Assembly: GCA_016713885.1 (NCBI GenBank)
Contig: JADJOF010000004.1
Span: 133,079 to 197,078 of the forward strand
Direction of reading: 5' to 3'
Length of the DNA stretch: 64,000 nucleotides
Source: Bdellovibrionales bacterium
Lineage (GTDB): Bacteria; Bdellovibrionota; Bdellovibrionia; Bdellovibrionales; JAMPXM01
Part shown: piece by piece, positions 1-10,720 of the stretch
Layout: every line of letters starts with the position of its first letter
Position numbering within the stretch: position 1 is the first letter of the stretch
Made by a program: the position numbers and the translations under genes
Notes under the pieces: generated by a model
Database searches by the model: none
What the model saw: the letters and a program-made list of their open reading frames with translations, nothing else
What the model was told of the DNA's origin: nothing

Positions 1-1485
1 TAAGACCTTTCCAAGGTCCTGGCCTCGGTCATCCAGCAGAAGCGCCAAATTCATCTGTAGCGGCACTGACCGTCCGTTGAGCTCAACTCGAAGCTCCTTT
101 TGAAACGTGACAAAACCGTGTGAGCGCATCTGTGTGAGTAGATCTTGGAAAGTCGCGTAGTACTCTGGCGACAGCACGTCTTGCACGGTGCGCCCTTTGT
201 ACTCCTCAGGGTCGATATTGAGCAATTGCGCCGCGTGATGGTTGATCGTTGTGATTTTCTCGTCTTGCGCAACCGAGATCACACCTGTGGTGACGTTCGA
301 AAGCACGACTTGAATATAGCGGCTGTGGTCATCGAGGCGCTCAAGAGTTTCAGTGAGGTTTTTGTTGGCCTCAAGAACTTCGCGTTTTGAACGATCGAGA
401 TGCCCAATCATTTGGTTGAAGCTACCGACGAGCTGGTTGATCTCTTTGGAACCCGAGCGAATTGCCACGGGTTGATAGTCCCCTTTTGCAATTCGCTTCG
501 TGGCGGAGCCTAAAAGCTCAAGTGGAATCGAGAGTTCGCGTGCGAGATAAAATCCAAACCACGTCGCACAAAGCAAAATCACCAGCGTCATCAGCGACAG
601 AATAATCAGATAGATGGATTTGATCGGATACTCGAGAGGGTTCACATTCTTGAACTCTTCGTGAGCGGCCGAGATGTCGTCGATTTTTGAAATCAGAGAA
701 ATCGGAATAAAGGTGGAAACCACAAGCGCCCCGCGCTCGCCCTTTCGGTCAACCGGAACAATAACCCGAACGAGGTTGCCTTCACCAAACTGATGGATCG
801 CGCTCGACTCTGAACGCTGCGAAATACCTTTTTTTAGAAATTCGAGAGACACCGGCGGCACCCGCGGCATCGATTCGTCGTTGGAGGTCGCCACCACGCG
901 TGCAGCGAAAAGCCCGGGGTAATACTCAACGGCGTCCAGATTGAAACGAGTCCGAGCGGACTCCACCAAGCGAGCCGCCGGCTTGGCCGATTCGCGCTTG
1001 AGCTCCTGCGCGATCATTTGGGCAAAGTGATAGTTTCGCTTTTTCGATGAGAACACATACTCCTGGTTCACCTCGAGCGAGTTCTTTAAGACGGAGGCCA
1101 TGCGCACCGAGAACCATTTATCAAAGCTCGAATTGATGTAGAAAACCGAGACCAGGAACATCAGCGCCGTCGGCACACTCGCAAACGCCGCAAACGCCGC
1201 AATCAGCTTTCCCTTGAGGCTTGAGCCGACAACCCGCCCGCTGGACTCAACAAAGACCTTTACGACATTTCGGAAGATGAGAAAGAACAGTAGCAGCAGC
1301 AGGATGATGTTAAAGTTAACGAGGCCAAAAAAGAAAATCGAATGCACAAACGGAAGCTGCTGGCTGATGCCGACAAGCTTGAATTCAAGCAGCGTCAAGA
1401 CCACAAAAAGAAGCGCGAGGCCATCGATAACGGCGATCTCGCGTTTTCTCTTTTTAAACTCTTGTGGTGCGATGTTCTTTATCAT
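1..1485 (-). CDS. Sensor histidine kinase, NtrY-like N-terminal part (TM segments, HAMP, PAS); 3' end lies beyond the window
   Basis: Absent from the ORF track because the frame is open to position 1. My minus-strand translation from the ATG at 1485-1483 gives MIKNIAPQEFKKRK..., then hydrophobic segments. It also shows a HAMP-like 'ARELSIPLELLGSATKRIAKGDY...INQLVGSFNQMIGHL' and a PAS-like 'VVLSNVTTGVISVAQDEKITTINHHAAQLLNIDPEEYKGRTV'. The start overlaps the ribH stop (ATGA). Confidence 0.75.
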   Translation of the reverse strand, partial: MIKNIAPQEFKKRKREIAVIDGLALLFVVLTLLEFKLVGISQQLPFVHSIFFFGLVNFNIILLLLLFFLIFRNVVKVFVESSGRVVGSSLKGKLIAAFAAFASVPTALMFLVSVFYINSSFDKWFSVRMASVLKNSLEVNQEYVFSSKKRNYHFAQMIAQELKRESAKPAARLVESARTRFNLDAVEYYPGLFAARVVATSNDESMPRVPPVSLEFLKKGISQRSESSAIHQFGEGNLVRVIVPVDRKGERGALVVSTFIPISLISKIDDISAAHEEFKNVNPLEYPIKSIYLIILSLMTLVILLCATWFGFYLARELSIPLELLGSATKRIAKGDYQPVAIRSGSKEINQLVGSFNQMIGHLDRSKREVLEANKNLTETLERLDDHSRYIQVVLSNVTTGVISVAQDEKITTINHHAAQLLNIDPEEYKGRTVQDVLSPEYYATFQDLLTQMRSHGFVTFQKELRVELNGRSVPLQMNLALLLDDRGQDLGKVL

Positions 1486-1994
1486 TTACGCTTTTTAATC
1501 ACCTTTAAGAGGTTGCACATTTCAACTGCAACCTCAGCCGCTTCCTCGCCCTTGTGCCCGTGATGGCCACCCACGCGATCAAGCGCCTGTTCCATATTCT
1601 CGACTGTGAGAACACCGAAGACAACGGGCTTAAGCTGTTCAAGCTGTAAATGAGTGCTTCCACGCTCGACCGAAGTACAGACCGATTCATAGTGCGTGGT
1701 CTCGCCGCGAATCACACAGCCCAGCGTGATCACTCCATCCATGCCTGCCTTGAGTAGCGCCTTTGCGGCGAGCGGAATTTCAACCGCGCCGGGAACACTA
1801 ACCAGGCGAATATTTTTGTCCAAAACGCCAAGCTCCTTGAGTCGGCGCATCGCTCCCGCCTCGAGCTTCGCGGTGATGTCACGATTGAAACGCGCGCAGA
1901 CAACCCCGACCTTCAAAGCTTTTCCATCAAGCGATCCCTGAAGGCCCGCTCGCGATTGAGCATCATTCTGCCGTTGCTTCACGGTTCGTTTCAC
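1482..1994 (-). CDS. ribH: 6,7-dimethyl-8-ribityllumazine synthase
   Basis: 170-aa ORF with 'GVVCARFNRDIT...VPGAVEIPLAAKALL...ITLGCVIRGETTHYESVC', typical of RibH. It lies directly after ribBA. Confidence 0.95.
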   Translation of the reverse strand: MKRTVKQRQNDAQSRAGLQGSLDGKALKVGVVCARFNRDITAKLEAGAMRRLKELGVLDKNIRLVSVPGAVEIPLAAKALLKAGMDGVITLGCVIRGETTHYESVCTSVERGSTHLQLEQLKPVVFGVLTVENMEQALDRVGGHHGHKGEEAAEVAVEMCNLLKVIKKRK

Positions 1995-1997
1995 CGG

Positions 1998-3209
1998 TCA
2001 CTCCCCTTGAGATTCGTAGTTATGACCCATCTTGATCTTCTTCACATCCAAGTAGGCCTGATTGTGCTTGTTTGACCCCGCCACCAGCGGCACGCGGTCG
2101 ACAACTTCAATGCCATAGCCCTTCAGACCGATGCGTTTGGCCGGGTTATTGGTCAAAAGCCGAACCTTGTGCAGTCCGATGGCCCGCAAAATTTGCGCGC
2201 CAATACCATAGTCGCGAGAGTCCGGAGGAAAACCCAAGTGAAGGTTCGCCTCAACGGTGTCGAGGCCCTGATCTTGAAGCGCATAGGCGCGAATTTTATT
2301 GGCAAGTCCAATGCCCCGCCCCTCTTGGCGAAGATACAGAATCACACCCCGCCCCTCGGCCGCAATCATCTCCATCGCTCGGTGCAGTTGCGGGCCGCAG
2401 TCGCATCGGCTACTGCCGAAGACATCGCCGGTCATACATTCGGAATGCACGCGGACGAGACAGGGCTCACCCTCCCCGACGTCCCCCATCTGCATGACCA
2501 GGTGTTCATTTCCGTCGAGGAGACTGCGAAAGGCGCGCACCACAAAGCCGTCGCCGAAACGATTCGGAAGCTTGGCGCTGGCCACCTCTTCGACGAGCGA
2601 TTCGTGCTCGAGCCGATATTTGATGAGATCGACAATCGTACCAATTTTAAGGCCGTGCTTTTGAGCAAAGGCTTTCAGGTCGCCGACACGAGCCATGCTG
2701 CCGTCGACATTCATGACTTCACAAATCACGGCGGCCGGATTGAGCCCTGCCATTCGGCAAAGATCGACGCTGCCCTCAGTGTGCCCCGCACGCTTCAAGA
2801 CACCGCCATCTTTGGCGCGAATCGGAAAAATATGGCCTGGAGTAATAACGTCGCTAGGCCTAGCATCGGGACGACTCGCGACGCGAATGGTATGTGCACG
2901 ATCCGCCGTGCTGATCCCCGTTGAAACACCTTTTGACGCTTCGATACTCACCGTGAAAGCGGTTTTGTTGGGAGAAAAATTCGTTTCATCGCGAACCATC
3001 AGCGGCAGCTGCAGCCGCTCTGATTGCTCGTGTGTGAGCGAAAGACAGATCAGGCCTCGTGCCTCGGTCGCCATAAAGTTGATCGCTTGTGGCGTTGCAA
3101 AGTCGGCCGCCAAAACCAAATCGCCTTCGTTCTCGCGATCCTCATCGTCGACCAAAACGACCATTCGGCCCGCTCGCATTTCCTCTAGCAGCTCCGCAAT
3201 CGAATTCAT
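1998..3209 (-). CDS. ribBA: Bifunctional 3,4-dihydroxy-2-butanone-4-phosphate synthase / GTP cyclohydrolase II
   Basis: 403-aa ORF. The N-terminal half has 'DDEDRENEGDLV...GHTEGSVDL' (DHBP synthase). The C-terminal half has 'VRVHSECMTGDVFGSSRCDCGPQL...YLRQEGRGIGL' (GCH II). Confidence 0.95.
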   Translation of the reverse strand: MNSIAELLEEMRAGRMVVLVDDEDRENEGDLVLAADFATPQAINFMATEARGLICLSLTHEQSERLQLPLMVRDETNFSPNKTAFTVSIEASKGVSTGISTADRAHTIRVASRPDARPSDVITPGHIFPIRAKDGGVLKRAGHTEGSVDLCRMAGLNPAAVICEVMNVDGSMARVGDLKAFAQKHGLKIGTIVDLIKYRLEHESLVEEVASAKLPNRFGDGFVVRAFRSLLDGNEHLVMQMGDVGEGEPCLVRVHSECMTGDVFGSSRCDCGPQLHRAMEMIAAEGRGVILYLRQEGRGIGLANKIRAYALQDQGLDTVEANLHLGFPPDSRDYGIGAQILRAIGLHKVRLLTNNPAKRIGLKGYGIEVVDRVPLVAGSNKHNQAYLDVKKIKMGHNYESQGE

Positions 3210-3832
3210 GACTTCACTCCCGCACGCCGAATGGCTTCATCAACTAAATTTTGAACGATCGGGACGATCGCTCGCGCCATCGTGTCCACTTCAACATTCA
3301 CAAGATCACCAGCTTTAAGATCTTTGAGACCCGTTCGCGACAAAGTCTCGGGAATCAGGCAGTGCTCAACAACACCGTCACGCACATCATTGACTGTGAG
3401 ACTCACGCCATTGATAGCGAGACTCCCCTTTTTCCAAACCATAGGCCACAATTCGGGAGGCAACTCCACGCGAAGAATCATCACGCCGTCTTGGCGGTCA
3501 GCCAAAACCACCTTGGCTGCACAATCGACATGTCCCGAAACTGCGTGGCCATGATTGCGGTCACCGACTCGCAAGCTGCGCTCAAGGTTAACGCGTGCGC
3601 CCTGACGATACGGCGGAACGATGGAAAGCGTCTCTTTGGCGATAGCAAACTGAACTTCACTCGCGGTGAGCTGTTCGACCGTTAGGCAGACACCGTTGAC
3701 CGCAACCGAATCGCCCAGTTTGAGGTCGTCAAATGTCGATGGTCGTTCAACGCCAATGCGAACAAGAGAGTTCACCGCAACGGTTTCAACTCGGCTAATA
3801 GCGGCCGTGGTCTCGACGATTCCTGAAAACAT
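3206..3832 (-). CDS. ribE: Riboflavin synthase alpha chain
   Basis: The track ORF is 3206..3907. The internal start 'MFSGIVETTAAI' (ATG at 3832) matches the canonical riboflavin synthase N-terminus. There is a 4-nt overlap with ribBA. Confidence 0.9.
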   Translation of the reverse strand: MFSGIVETTAAISRVETVAVNSLVRIGVERPSTFDDLKLGDSVAVNGVCLTVEQLTASEVQFAIAKETLSIVPPYRQGARVNLERSLRVGDRNHGHAVSGHVDCAAKVVLADRQDGVMILRVELPPELWPMVWKKGSLAINGVSLTVNDVRDGVVEHCLIPETLSRTGLKDLKAGDLVNVEVDTMARAIVPIVQNLVDEAIRRAGVKS

Positions 3833-4036
3833 AGTCGCGCGTTTCCTTCTCGCCCGCACTATGAGGCTGCCGGATGTTGAGGTCAAACCCCTGTCGGCAC
3901 GAGCCATCTATGCGCCAATGTCGCGGCGCGCCATCAGTACGCAACGATTCTGTAACAATCTGGACATGTCTTTAGCCTAGCGCGGCCTGGTCAAATCCCC
4001 ACAATAGGACAAAATGCCTCAAGGTAGCGAGGCCAT

Positions 4037-5443
4037 ATGCGCATAAAGATACAGCTCTGGTTATTTGGATTCGGCACAATCGTGCTCCTCTCGTCGGTTG
4101 GCGGACTTTCGACCTACTACATGAACCACATTCTGAGCCAACTGGACGACGTCTCACATGTGCAACTCCCAGCGGTGCGCACCATGACCCTTGCCGATAT
4201 GATGCACGATGGCCTGCGGGCGGTTGTCTACAAAACAATACTTGATGCCAAGGCGGCCAACTCAGCGGCGCTCATCGAAGACCAAAATGAAATGCAGGAA
4301 ATGAGCGAAAGCCTGACGAAGCACCTCGCTGAACTCGAAGAACTACCTCTCCGCCCCGAGACAAAACTTGCAATTCGCGCCGCACGCCCAGCTCTCAGTG
4401 ACTACAACGCCGAGGTGGCCCTGATCGTCAATAGCCTCGTTTTACAAAAGCCCATTTCACTCGACAATGAACTCGGAAAATTTCAAGTGAGTTTCAAAAA
4501 TCTCGAAGACAGCCTCGAGTCGCTCGGCGAACTCATTATGAAAGACGCGTTTGCTTCACGTGACGACGGAAAAAATGCAGCGAAAATCGTTCTCACTCTA
4601 ACGCTCATTGCGATCGCAATCGGGCTGCTCGCCACGGTCCTTATTATTCGCCATCTCGTCGGCAAGATGAAACTCGTCTTGAGTCAAATTGCAGATACAA
4701 GCACGGCCCTCGAAACTGTCAGTTCGACACTGCTGAGCGCAAGTAAAGTGGTCGCCGAAGGCTCAACGCATGTTGCCGCCTCGCTTGAAGAGACCGCCGC
4801 TTCACTTGAAGAGATGAGTGCAACAATACAGCTCAGCGCCGGGAATGCGGCACAAGCGAGCAGCGCATCCGACGAGAGCTTCCATCGTGCGACGACCGGC
4901 GAAGCAGAAATGAACACATTTAGAACCTCAGTTGCCGAAATTGCGGAACTCTCCAAGAAAATGAACACGATCATCATCACGATCGACGATATCTCTTTTC
5001 AAACTAACCTGCTGGCACTCAATGCTGCAGTCGAAGCCGCCCGCGCCGGAGACCAAGGCAAGGGATTTGCCGTCGTTGCCGAAGCCGTTCGATCGCTCGC
5101 TCAGCGAAGTGCGACCTCCGCCAAAGAGATATCCGATCTCATTCACGACAGCATGGGCCGCATTGAGAAAAGTGTTACAGCATCGACACAGACCGGAACT
5201 GCGCTCGCTCAGATTCTCGAATCTGTAAAAAAAGCCATGAACCTGACAAAAGAAATCGAAGTCGCAACTCGAGAGCAATCTCACGGCGTCAACCAGATCT
5301 CTTCAGCCATGCAGGCCCTGGACTCCACGACCCAGAATGCCGCCGCCTCGGCCCAACAAATTGCAGCAGTTGCACAAACTCTCGACGAACAGACGGCTGA
5401 TCTCAAAAGAGTCATCGCCAGCGTTCAAGAGGATTTCGCCTAG
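4037..5443 (+). CDS. Methyl-accepting chemotaxis protein
   Basis: 468 aa with an N-terminal TM segment, a second TM segment and the highly conserved signalling hairpin '[41 protein letters not shown]'. Confidence 0.9.
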   Translation: MRIKIQLWLFGFGTIVLLSSVGGLSTYYMNHILSQLDDVSHVQLPAVRTMTLADMMHDGLRAVVYKTILDAKAANSAALIEDQNEMQEMSESLTKHLAELEELPLRPETKLAIRAARPALSDYNAEVALIVNSLVLQKPISLDNELGKFQVSFKNLEDSLESLGELIMKDAFASRDDGKNAAKIVLTLTLIAIAIGLLATVLIIRHLVGKMKLVLSQIADTSTALETVSSTLLSASKVVAEGSTHVAASLEETAASLEEMSATIQLSAGNAAQASSASDESFHRATTGEAEMNTFRTSVAEIAELSKKMNTIIITIDDISFQTNLLALNAAVEAARAGDQGKGFAVVAEAVRSLAQRSATSAKEISDLIHDSMGRIEKSVTASTQTGTALAQILESVKKAMNLTKEIEVATREQSHGVNQISSAMQALDSTTQNAAASAQQIAAVAQTLDEQTADLKRVIASVQEDFA

Positions 5444-5643
5444 CCCCCACCTGAGCGATGCCGATACTGTCTAAACCTTAGACATCGCCATAAAAGGGCA
5501 AAAAATGGTCTCGGTAAAAAATGAATACATAGCCAACCGCCACCAGCTCGAATCAAGCCGCTTTCGACAGTGGCGCAAACCTCGCAAGCCCTGCAATGTT
5601 CGCAATCGGAGCACTCTGAAAAGGCGTTGTGGGGCATTTGAAA

Positions 5644-7734
5644 ATGAAACTACATCACGCGATTCTAAATGCCCTGCTCGCCCTCCTATGCTTCAACTCA
5701 AGTCCTGCCGTTTCTTCCGAAAACTCAATTGCTCCCGGACTCTATCAGATTTCGGGGACGCATTCGCACCTTGGACCCTACAACGGCTATCTTCTCGTCA
5801 AAGATAGTTCTGAAGTTCAACGAGCTATTTCCCTGCATTCACTCGACTCCGCTCAGAAAAGGAAGATCGGACTTCAGAAGGACCAGAATTTTTCCATCGA
5901 ACAGCTTTGGGAGGGAAACAATACTCCGAAAGGAGCATTGTTCCAAATTCGCGCATCAAATGTTCTAACGACTTACAATGACTTTACGGCCACAAGTGAC
6001 GATCTCTCGATTGAAACCATCGCTCTCGGACGAGCCGACACCAGTTTTCACGTAAAGAACGATGGCACATACATAGAACACTACACTCTCATCTCCAAAA
6101 ACGACCCCGCTCAAAAAACTCCTGACCTCTTTCCGAAAGACTCTCGAACTCGTCTTGATGCGAGTGGTACATCGGGATCGATTCTGATCAATCTTGCGGG
6201 GTGGATCGGAATCAACCGTGCCATTCATGAATATCGAAAACTTAAGCAATTTGACCCATACCGCGATCGCGAAGAGTTTAAAAACAATAGCGTGTTTCAC
6301 ATTAAGGACTTCACTGATCTAGAGTTCTACAGGGATCAAAGTTCAAAACTCCGAATTCGGAACAAATCTCTGACCCCGCTCTCGATTGCCGAAGCCCTTC
6401 AAAGACGAGCAGCCTTTCAGCCGACATTGACAGAAAAAGCTGAATTCAAAAAACAGCAAACCCTTAGCGTCATGAATGATTTCGGAATTTTTGAAGTTGG
6501 GACCGCCGACTCAAACGGTCGTATCGTTGCTCTGCAACCTCAAGGTGACACAGCCCTTTGGTTTGGAGTCTACATTTGGGCACTTTCACTTGAACACGAC
6601 GTCACTCAATCGGCTGATTCTTATCAGAGACTTCGAAACGCAATTGAGGGAATGAACCACCTGGTTGAGATTTCGCCAGATCCAAAACTCTTTGCGCGAT
6701 ACATTCACAAGTCGCCCGCAAATGAACCTGTCACCGACCCCTACGTTCGACAGGGAAGTGGGAAGTATAGGGACTATAAATACGACAGTCGCTCCAATAA
6801 CGATATGGTGAAGGGGCTGCTTTTAGGCTATGTGATCGCCTACAAATCTCTCAAAGCGGAAGACCACGAGCTCAAGCAGAAAACTGCTTCTCTTGTGCGA
6901 CGAATTCAACAGCTCGACCCCATTCGCAAAAAGACAGGCAACAATGCCGCCGCCAAGGGATTGGATGCGCTTTGGAACGAAGACAATGAGTCTCTACGCG
7001 AGTACATCGCCAACAGCGATAGTTTAACGAGCCGAGTGAGCGAAAAACTCTATATCGACTCGGGGTTTCATATCGGCGGCATGACCAATCCGTCCGGAAT
7101 CCATTTAAATCTGATCTCGCAGAGCATTCGCTACTATCTCGCCGAAGCTCTCATTAAAAAGGCGAATGAGGCTGGAGAACGGATGTTCATTCATAGACCG
7201 GCAACCGAAACCGCGCCAGAGAGCGACGAGAGTCCGCTGCCGCGACTTGAGGCCATCAAGCAGTCAGCGTCGAACAATATTAAAAATCTTTCTTTGAGAA
7301 TGCAGAAAGCCTACTTCAACTACTTGAACATCGCCGCCTACGCGATCACGAGAGAACCCGACTTAAAACAACGAGCTGTCGACAGCGTCTGGGGACTGAT
7401 CGAGGTGCCTCTGGTTCGAAGTGTTGGGCAGCTGCGCGGGGATCTGCAACTGCAACCCGATTGGATGTACTCCACCTGGCCCTTCGAGCCGTGGACGGCG
7501 CTCAAAGGGCCGTGGATCATCAACAAAGAAAAGCTTGCCTCAAAAAACCAACAGCGCGGAATGCTGGGGTATCCGATGTTTGAGTGCGCTGCTCTCGGTT
7601 CAACATACCTTTGGGTTTCGGATACCAGTGACTTCCCATGCAGTGGCAACCCCAACATCATTTCGTTTTCAGCCGACTACCTGTGGGCCTACTGGCTTGC
7701 ACGATCGGCCGACATCATCTCAGAGCGAGACTAA
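5644..7734 (+). CDS. Secreted protein of unknown function (about 697 aa)
   Basis: Long ORF. The ATG at 5644 gives the signal-peptide-like 'MKLHHAILNALLALLCFNSSPAVSSE'. I recognised no catalytic motif. Confidence 0.6.
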   Translation: MKLHHAILNALLALLCFNSSPAVSSENSIAPGLYQISGTHSHLGPYNGYLLVKDSSEVQRAISLHSLDSAQKRKIGLQKDQNFSIEQLWEGNNTPKGALFQIRASNVLTTYNDFTATSDDLSIETIALGRADTSFHVKNDGTYIEHYTLISKNDPAQKTPDLFPKDSRTRLDASGTSGSILINLAGWIGINRAIHEYRKLKQFDPYRDREEFKNNSVFHIKDFTDLEFYRDQSSKLRIRNKSLTPLSIAEALQRRAAFQPTLTEKAEFKKQQTLSVMNDFGIFEVGTADSNGRIVALQPQGDTALWFGVYIWALSLEHDVTQSADSYQRLRNAIEGMNHLVEISPDPKLFARYIHKSPANEPVTDPYVRQGSGKYRDYKYDSRSNNDMVKGLLLGYVIAYKSLKAEDHELKQKTASLVRRIQQLDPIRKKTGNNAAAKGLDALWNEDNESLREYIANSDSLTSRVSEKLYIDSGFHIGGMTNPSGIHLNLISQSIRYYLAEALIKKANEAGERMFIHRPATETAPESDESPLPRLEAIKQSASNNIKNLSLRMQKAYFNYLNIAAYAITREPDLKQRAVDSVWGLIEVPLVRSVGQLRGDLQLQPDWMYSTWPFEPWTALKGPWIINKEKLASKNQQRGMLGYPMFECAALGSTYLWVSDTSDFPCSGNPNIISFSADYLWAYWLARSADIISERD

Positions 7735-7744
7735 CCGCCGACCG

Positions 7745-10345
7745 CTAGTGCACAGCTTCGGAACGAAACGCGATCTTGTCATTCTTCAGTTCGACGTGGA
7801 TCTTCTCACCCGACTTGATCGCACCACCGATCAAGTCCTTGGCCAGAGGATTGAGAACCTCGGACTGCACGACACGTTTCAATGGACGTGCGCCAAACAC
7901 GGGATCATAGCCCTTGATCGCCAGCCACTTGCGAGCCTCGGGAGAGAACTCCAGCTCCACCTTCTTGTCGGCCAAGCGGCGAATCACCTGATCAAGCTGA
8001 ATGGTCACAATGCTGCTCAATTGTTCCGGCTGCAGGCGATTGAAGATCACCGTCTCATCGATGCGGTTTAAGAACTCGGGGCGGAAGTGCCCGCGCAGAG
8101 CCTCTTGAATCGTCGCCTCGCGCTTTTCGGGCGAGAGATCGGGGTCCATGATCGCATGTGAGCCGATGTTCGAGGTCATAACGAGGACTGTGTTTTTGAA
8201 GTCCACAGTTCGTCCTTGCCCATCGGTCAAGCGGCCGTCATCCAAAACCTGAAGGAGGATGTTGAAAACATCGGGATGCGCCTTCTCAACTTCGTCGAGA
8301 AGCACGACAGAGTAGGGCTTTCGGCGCACTTGCTCGGTGAGCTGCCCACCCTCTTCGTACCCGACATATCCCGGAGGCGCTCCGATGAGTCGCGCGACCG
8401 CATGTTTCTCCATGTACTCACTCATATCGATGCGAATCACGGCCTGATCGGTATCGAACAGAAATTCAGCGACCGCTTTGACCGTTTCCGTCTTTCCGAC
8501 GCCGGTTGGTCCCAAGAAGAAAAACGTTCCGATGGGACGATTGGGATCTGAAATTTCAGCGCGAGCTCGGCGAATCGCATCGGCCACAACGGTGAGTGCG
8601 TGATCCTGACCGACAACGCGTTTCCGAAGCGAGGCTTCCATGTGAAGAAGACGCTCTTGATCGCTTTGTAGCATGCGGTTCACCGGAATTCCGGTCCACT
8701 TGGCAACAACCTCGGCGATCTCTTCGGGGCCGACCTCTTCGCGAAGCATGCGCCCTTCGACCGTCGGCGCTTTTTCTGCAGCGTCGTTCAGCGCCTTCAG
8801 TCGTTTCTCAAGATCGGGAAGCTTTCCGTACTTCAGCTCCGCCGCTTTTTCGAGCTGCCCCGAACGCTCGGCGCGATCGATCTCAACGCGAACAGCATCG
8901 ATTTTCTCTTTCGTGTCTTTGAGTTCGTTGATGCCTTTCTTCTCGGACTCCCACTGGGCACGAAGCTTTGTGATCTTATCGCTAATTCCAGAGAGCTCCT
9001 CTTCAATCAGCTCGAGGCGATCTTGGCTGGCTTCATCTTTTTCACGGCGCAATGCCTCGCGCTCCACTTGAAGCTGCATGCGCTCGCGCTCAAGCGAATC
9101 GACCTCAGCAGGAACGCTGCCGATTTCAATTGAAAGCCGGCTTGCCGCCTCATCCATCAGATCAATCGCCTTGTCGGGGAGAAAGCGCGAGGTGATGTAG
9201 CGACTGGAAAGCTTCACCGCTGCAATCAGCGCTGAATCGCGAATCCGCACACCGTGATGAACTTCGTATTTTTCTTTCAGACCCCGCAGAATGGTGATCG
9301 CATCCTCGATCGACGGCTCATTGACCATGACCTGTTGGAATCGACGCTCAAGAGCCGCGTCCTTTTCAATGTACTTTTGATACTCATCGAGAGTCGTCGC
9401 GCCAATACAACGCAACTCTCCCCGAGCCAGGGCCGGCTTTAGAAGCTGGCTTGCGTCCATTGCGCCTTCGCTTTTTCCAGCACCGACAAGAGTGTGCAAT
9501 TCATCAATAAAGAGAACGATTTCGCCGGCAGCATCGGTGACCTCTTTGATCACAGCTTTCAGGCGATCTTCGAATTCTCCACGGTATTTGGCACCGGCGA
9601 TCAAGGCCCCCATATCAAGCGACATGAGTTTTTTGCCCTTGAGCGTTTCAGGCACGTCACCTTTGACGATTCGAAGCGCCAGGCCCTCGGCAATGGCCGT
9701 TTTACCAACACCAGGTTCACCAATCAGCACTGGGTTATTCTTTGTCCGACGCGAGAGCACTTGAATCACGCGGCGAATTTCTTCGTCGCGGCCAATGACC
9801 GGATCAAGCTTCCCGTCGTTCGCCACTTGCGTGAGATCGCGGGCATATTTTTTCAGCGCATCCATTGTGCCCTCCGGTGAGTCGTCTGTGATCTTGCGAC
9901 CACCACGCATTTTATTGACGGCTTCTTCGACTTTGTTTCGAGTCAGACCGTTATTTTTAAATAGTTTCGCGACATCGGGCGCCGCCCCTTCAGAGAGAAC
10001 GGCCAGTAAGAAGTGTTCAGTTGAGATGTACTCGTCCCCGAGCGCACGCGCTTCGACTTCAGCCCGATTGAAAAGCTGAACAAGGCGCTGGCTCGCCACC
10101 ACGCGCTTTGCACTACCGGTCACCTGCGGAAGCCGCGCAAGAGCCACCTCAAGATCGCGCTTCACGCCCGGCAGCTGTCCGCCCGCCTGAGAGATCAGAC
10201 CAGGAACAAATCCGTCGGCCTGCGTTACAAGCTGAGAGAGCAGGTGCTCTGGCTCAACGGCAGAATTCCCTTTTGATTCGGCCATTTTAGCTGCGGCCTG
10301 CATCGCTTCCTGTGCTTTTACTGTCATCTTTTCGATGTCGCTCAT
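7745..10345 (-). CDS. clpB: ATP-dependent chaperone ClpB
   Basis: 866 aa with two AAA+ modules ('[10 protein letters not shown]', '[10 protein letters not shown]'), a long coiled-coil middle domain and a Clp N-domain. Confidence 0.97.
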   Translation of the reverse strand: MSDIEKMTVKAQEAMQAAAKMAESKGNSAVEPEHLLSQLVTQADGFVPGLISQAGGQLPGVKRDLEVALARLPQVTGSAKRVVASQRLVQLFNRAEVEARALGDEYISTEHFLLAVLSEGAAPDVAKLFKNNGLTRNKVEEAVNKMRGGRKITDDSPEGTMDALKKYARDLTQVANDGKLDPVIGRDEEIRRVIQVLSRRTKNNPVLIGEPGVGKTAIAEGLALRIVKGDVPETLKGKKLMSLDMGALIAGAKYRGEFEDRLKAVIKEVTDAAGEIVLFIDELHTLVGAGKSEGAMDASQLLKPALARGELRCIGATTLDEYQKYIEKDAALERRFQQVMVNEPSIEDAITILRGLKEKYEVHHGVRIRDSALIAAVKLSSRYITSRFLPDKAIDLMDEAASRLSIEIGSVPAEVDSLERERMQLQVEREALRREKDEASQDRLELIEEELSGISDKITKLRAQWESEKKGINELKDTKEKIDAVRVEIDRAERSGQLEKAAELKYGKLPDLEKRLKALNDAAEKAPTVEGRMLREEVGPEEIAEVVAKWTGIPVNRMLQSDQERLLHMEASLRKRVVGQDHALTVVADAIRRARAEISDPNRPIGTFFFLGPTGVGKTETVKAVAEFLFDTDQAVIRIDMSEYMEKHAVARLIGAPPGYVGYEEGGQLTEQVRRKPYSVVLLDEVEKAHPDVFNILLQVLDDGRLTDGQGRTVDFKNTVLVMTSNIGSHAIMDPDLSPEKREATIQEALRGHFRPEFLNRIDETVIFNRLQPEQLSSIVTIQLDQVIRRLADKKVELEFSPEARKWLAIKGYDPVFGARPLKRVVQSEVLNPLAKDLIGGAIKSGEKIHVELKNDKIAFRSEAVH

Positions 10346-10402
10346 GCTATAAGAATGAGGCTTATCTGGAGCCCGTCAAGGAGACGACCTGTGAGTTTAA
10401 AA

Positions 10403-10696
10403 ATGAGTTCGACAGAATCACAGGCCAAAGGCTCAAGCCACGGTTCAAGCCATGACTCAAGCGCAGGCCCTTACCACAAGCATCGCGTTCGCCGCGGCGT
10501 TCGCGCCGATCGCGTCGACCCCCAGGACTTGTCTCGTTATGAGCTCGCCTTTTTTTGCGATGACTGCGGGCATTATGACCGCACGCGGATGAAGTGCACG
10601 ATGGGCTATTCGGCGATCCACACCAAAGCCGAGCAACTGGCACAATACGACCTGACGGGAACGATGGCATTTTGTCGACTGAGCGAGATCGACTAA
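10403..10696 (+). CDS. Small hypothetical protein with a Cys cluster
   Basis: The ATG at 10403 gives 'MSSTESQAKGSSHGSSHDSS...FFCDDCGHYDRTRMKC...'. I recognise no family, so coding status is uncertain. Confidence 0.35.
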   Translation: MSSTESQAKGSSHGSSHDSSAGPYHKHRVRRGVRADRVDPQDLSRYELAFFCDDCGHYDRTRMKCTMGYSAIHTKAEQLAQYDLTGTMAFCRLSEID

Positions 10697-10720
10697 ATCC
10701 CGGTCTCAGCTTAAACTGAG

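Noticed and set aside
3833-4036. Possible FMN (RFN) riboswitch in the leader of the ribE-ribBA-ribH operon
   Set aside because: The minus-strand leader has fragments that recall the 3' half of the element ('GCCGACAGG', 'GGGCGAGAAGGA'). I cannot find the conserved 5' core (GGGUGAAAUUCCC...ACCGGCGGU-type) or the expected helices. Only a covariance-model scan could settle it, so I am not reporting it as a feature.
5455-5500. 'GCCGATAC' -10-like element and hairpin after the MCP gene as a sigma-28 promoter
   Set aside because: There is no TAAA/TCAA-type -35 element at the required spacing. The 'TGTCTAA-ACC-TTAGACA' hairpin has no T-run, so I call it neither a promoter nor a terminator.
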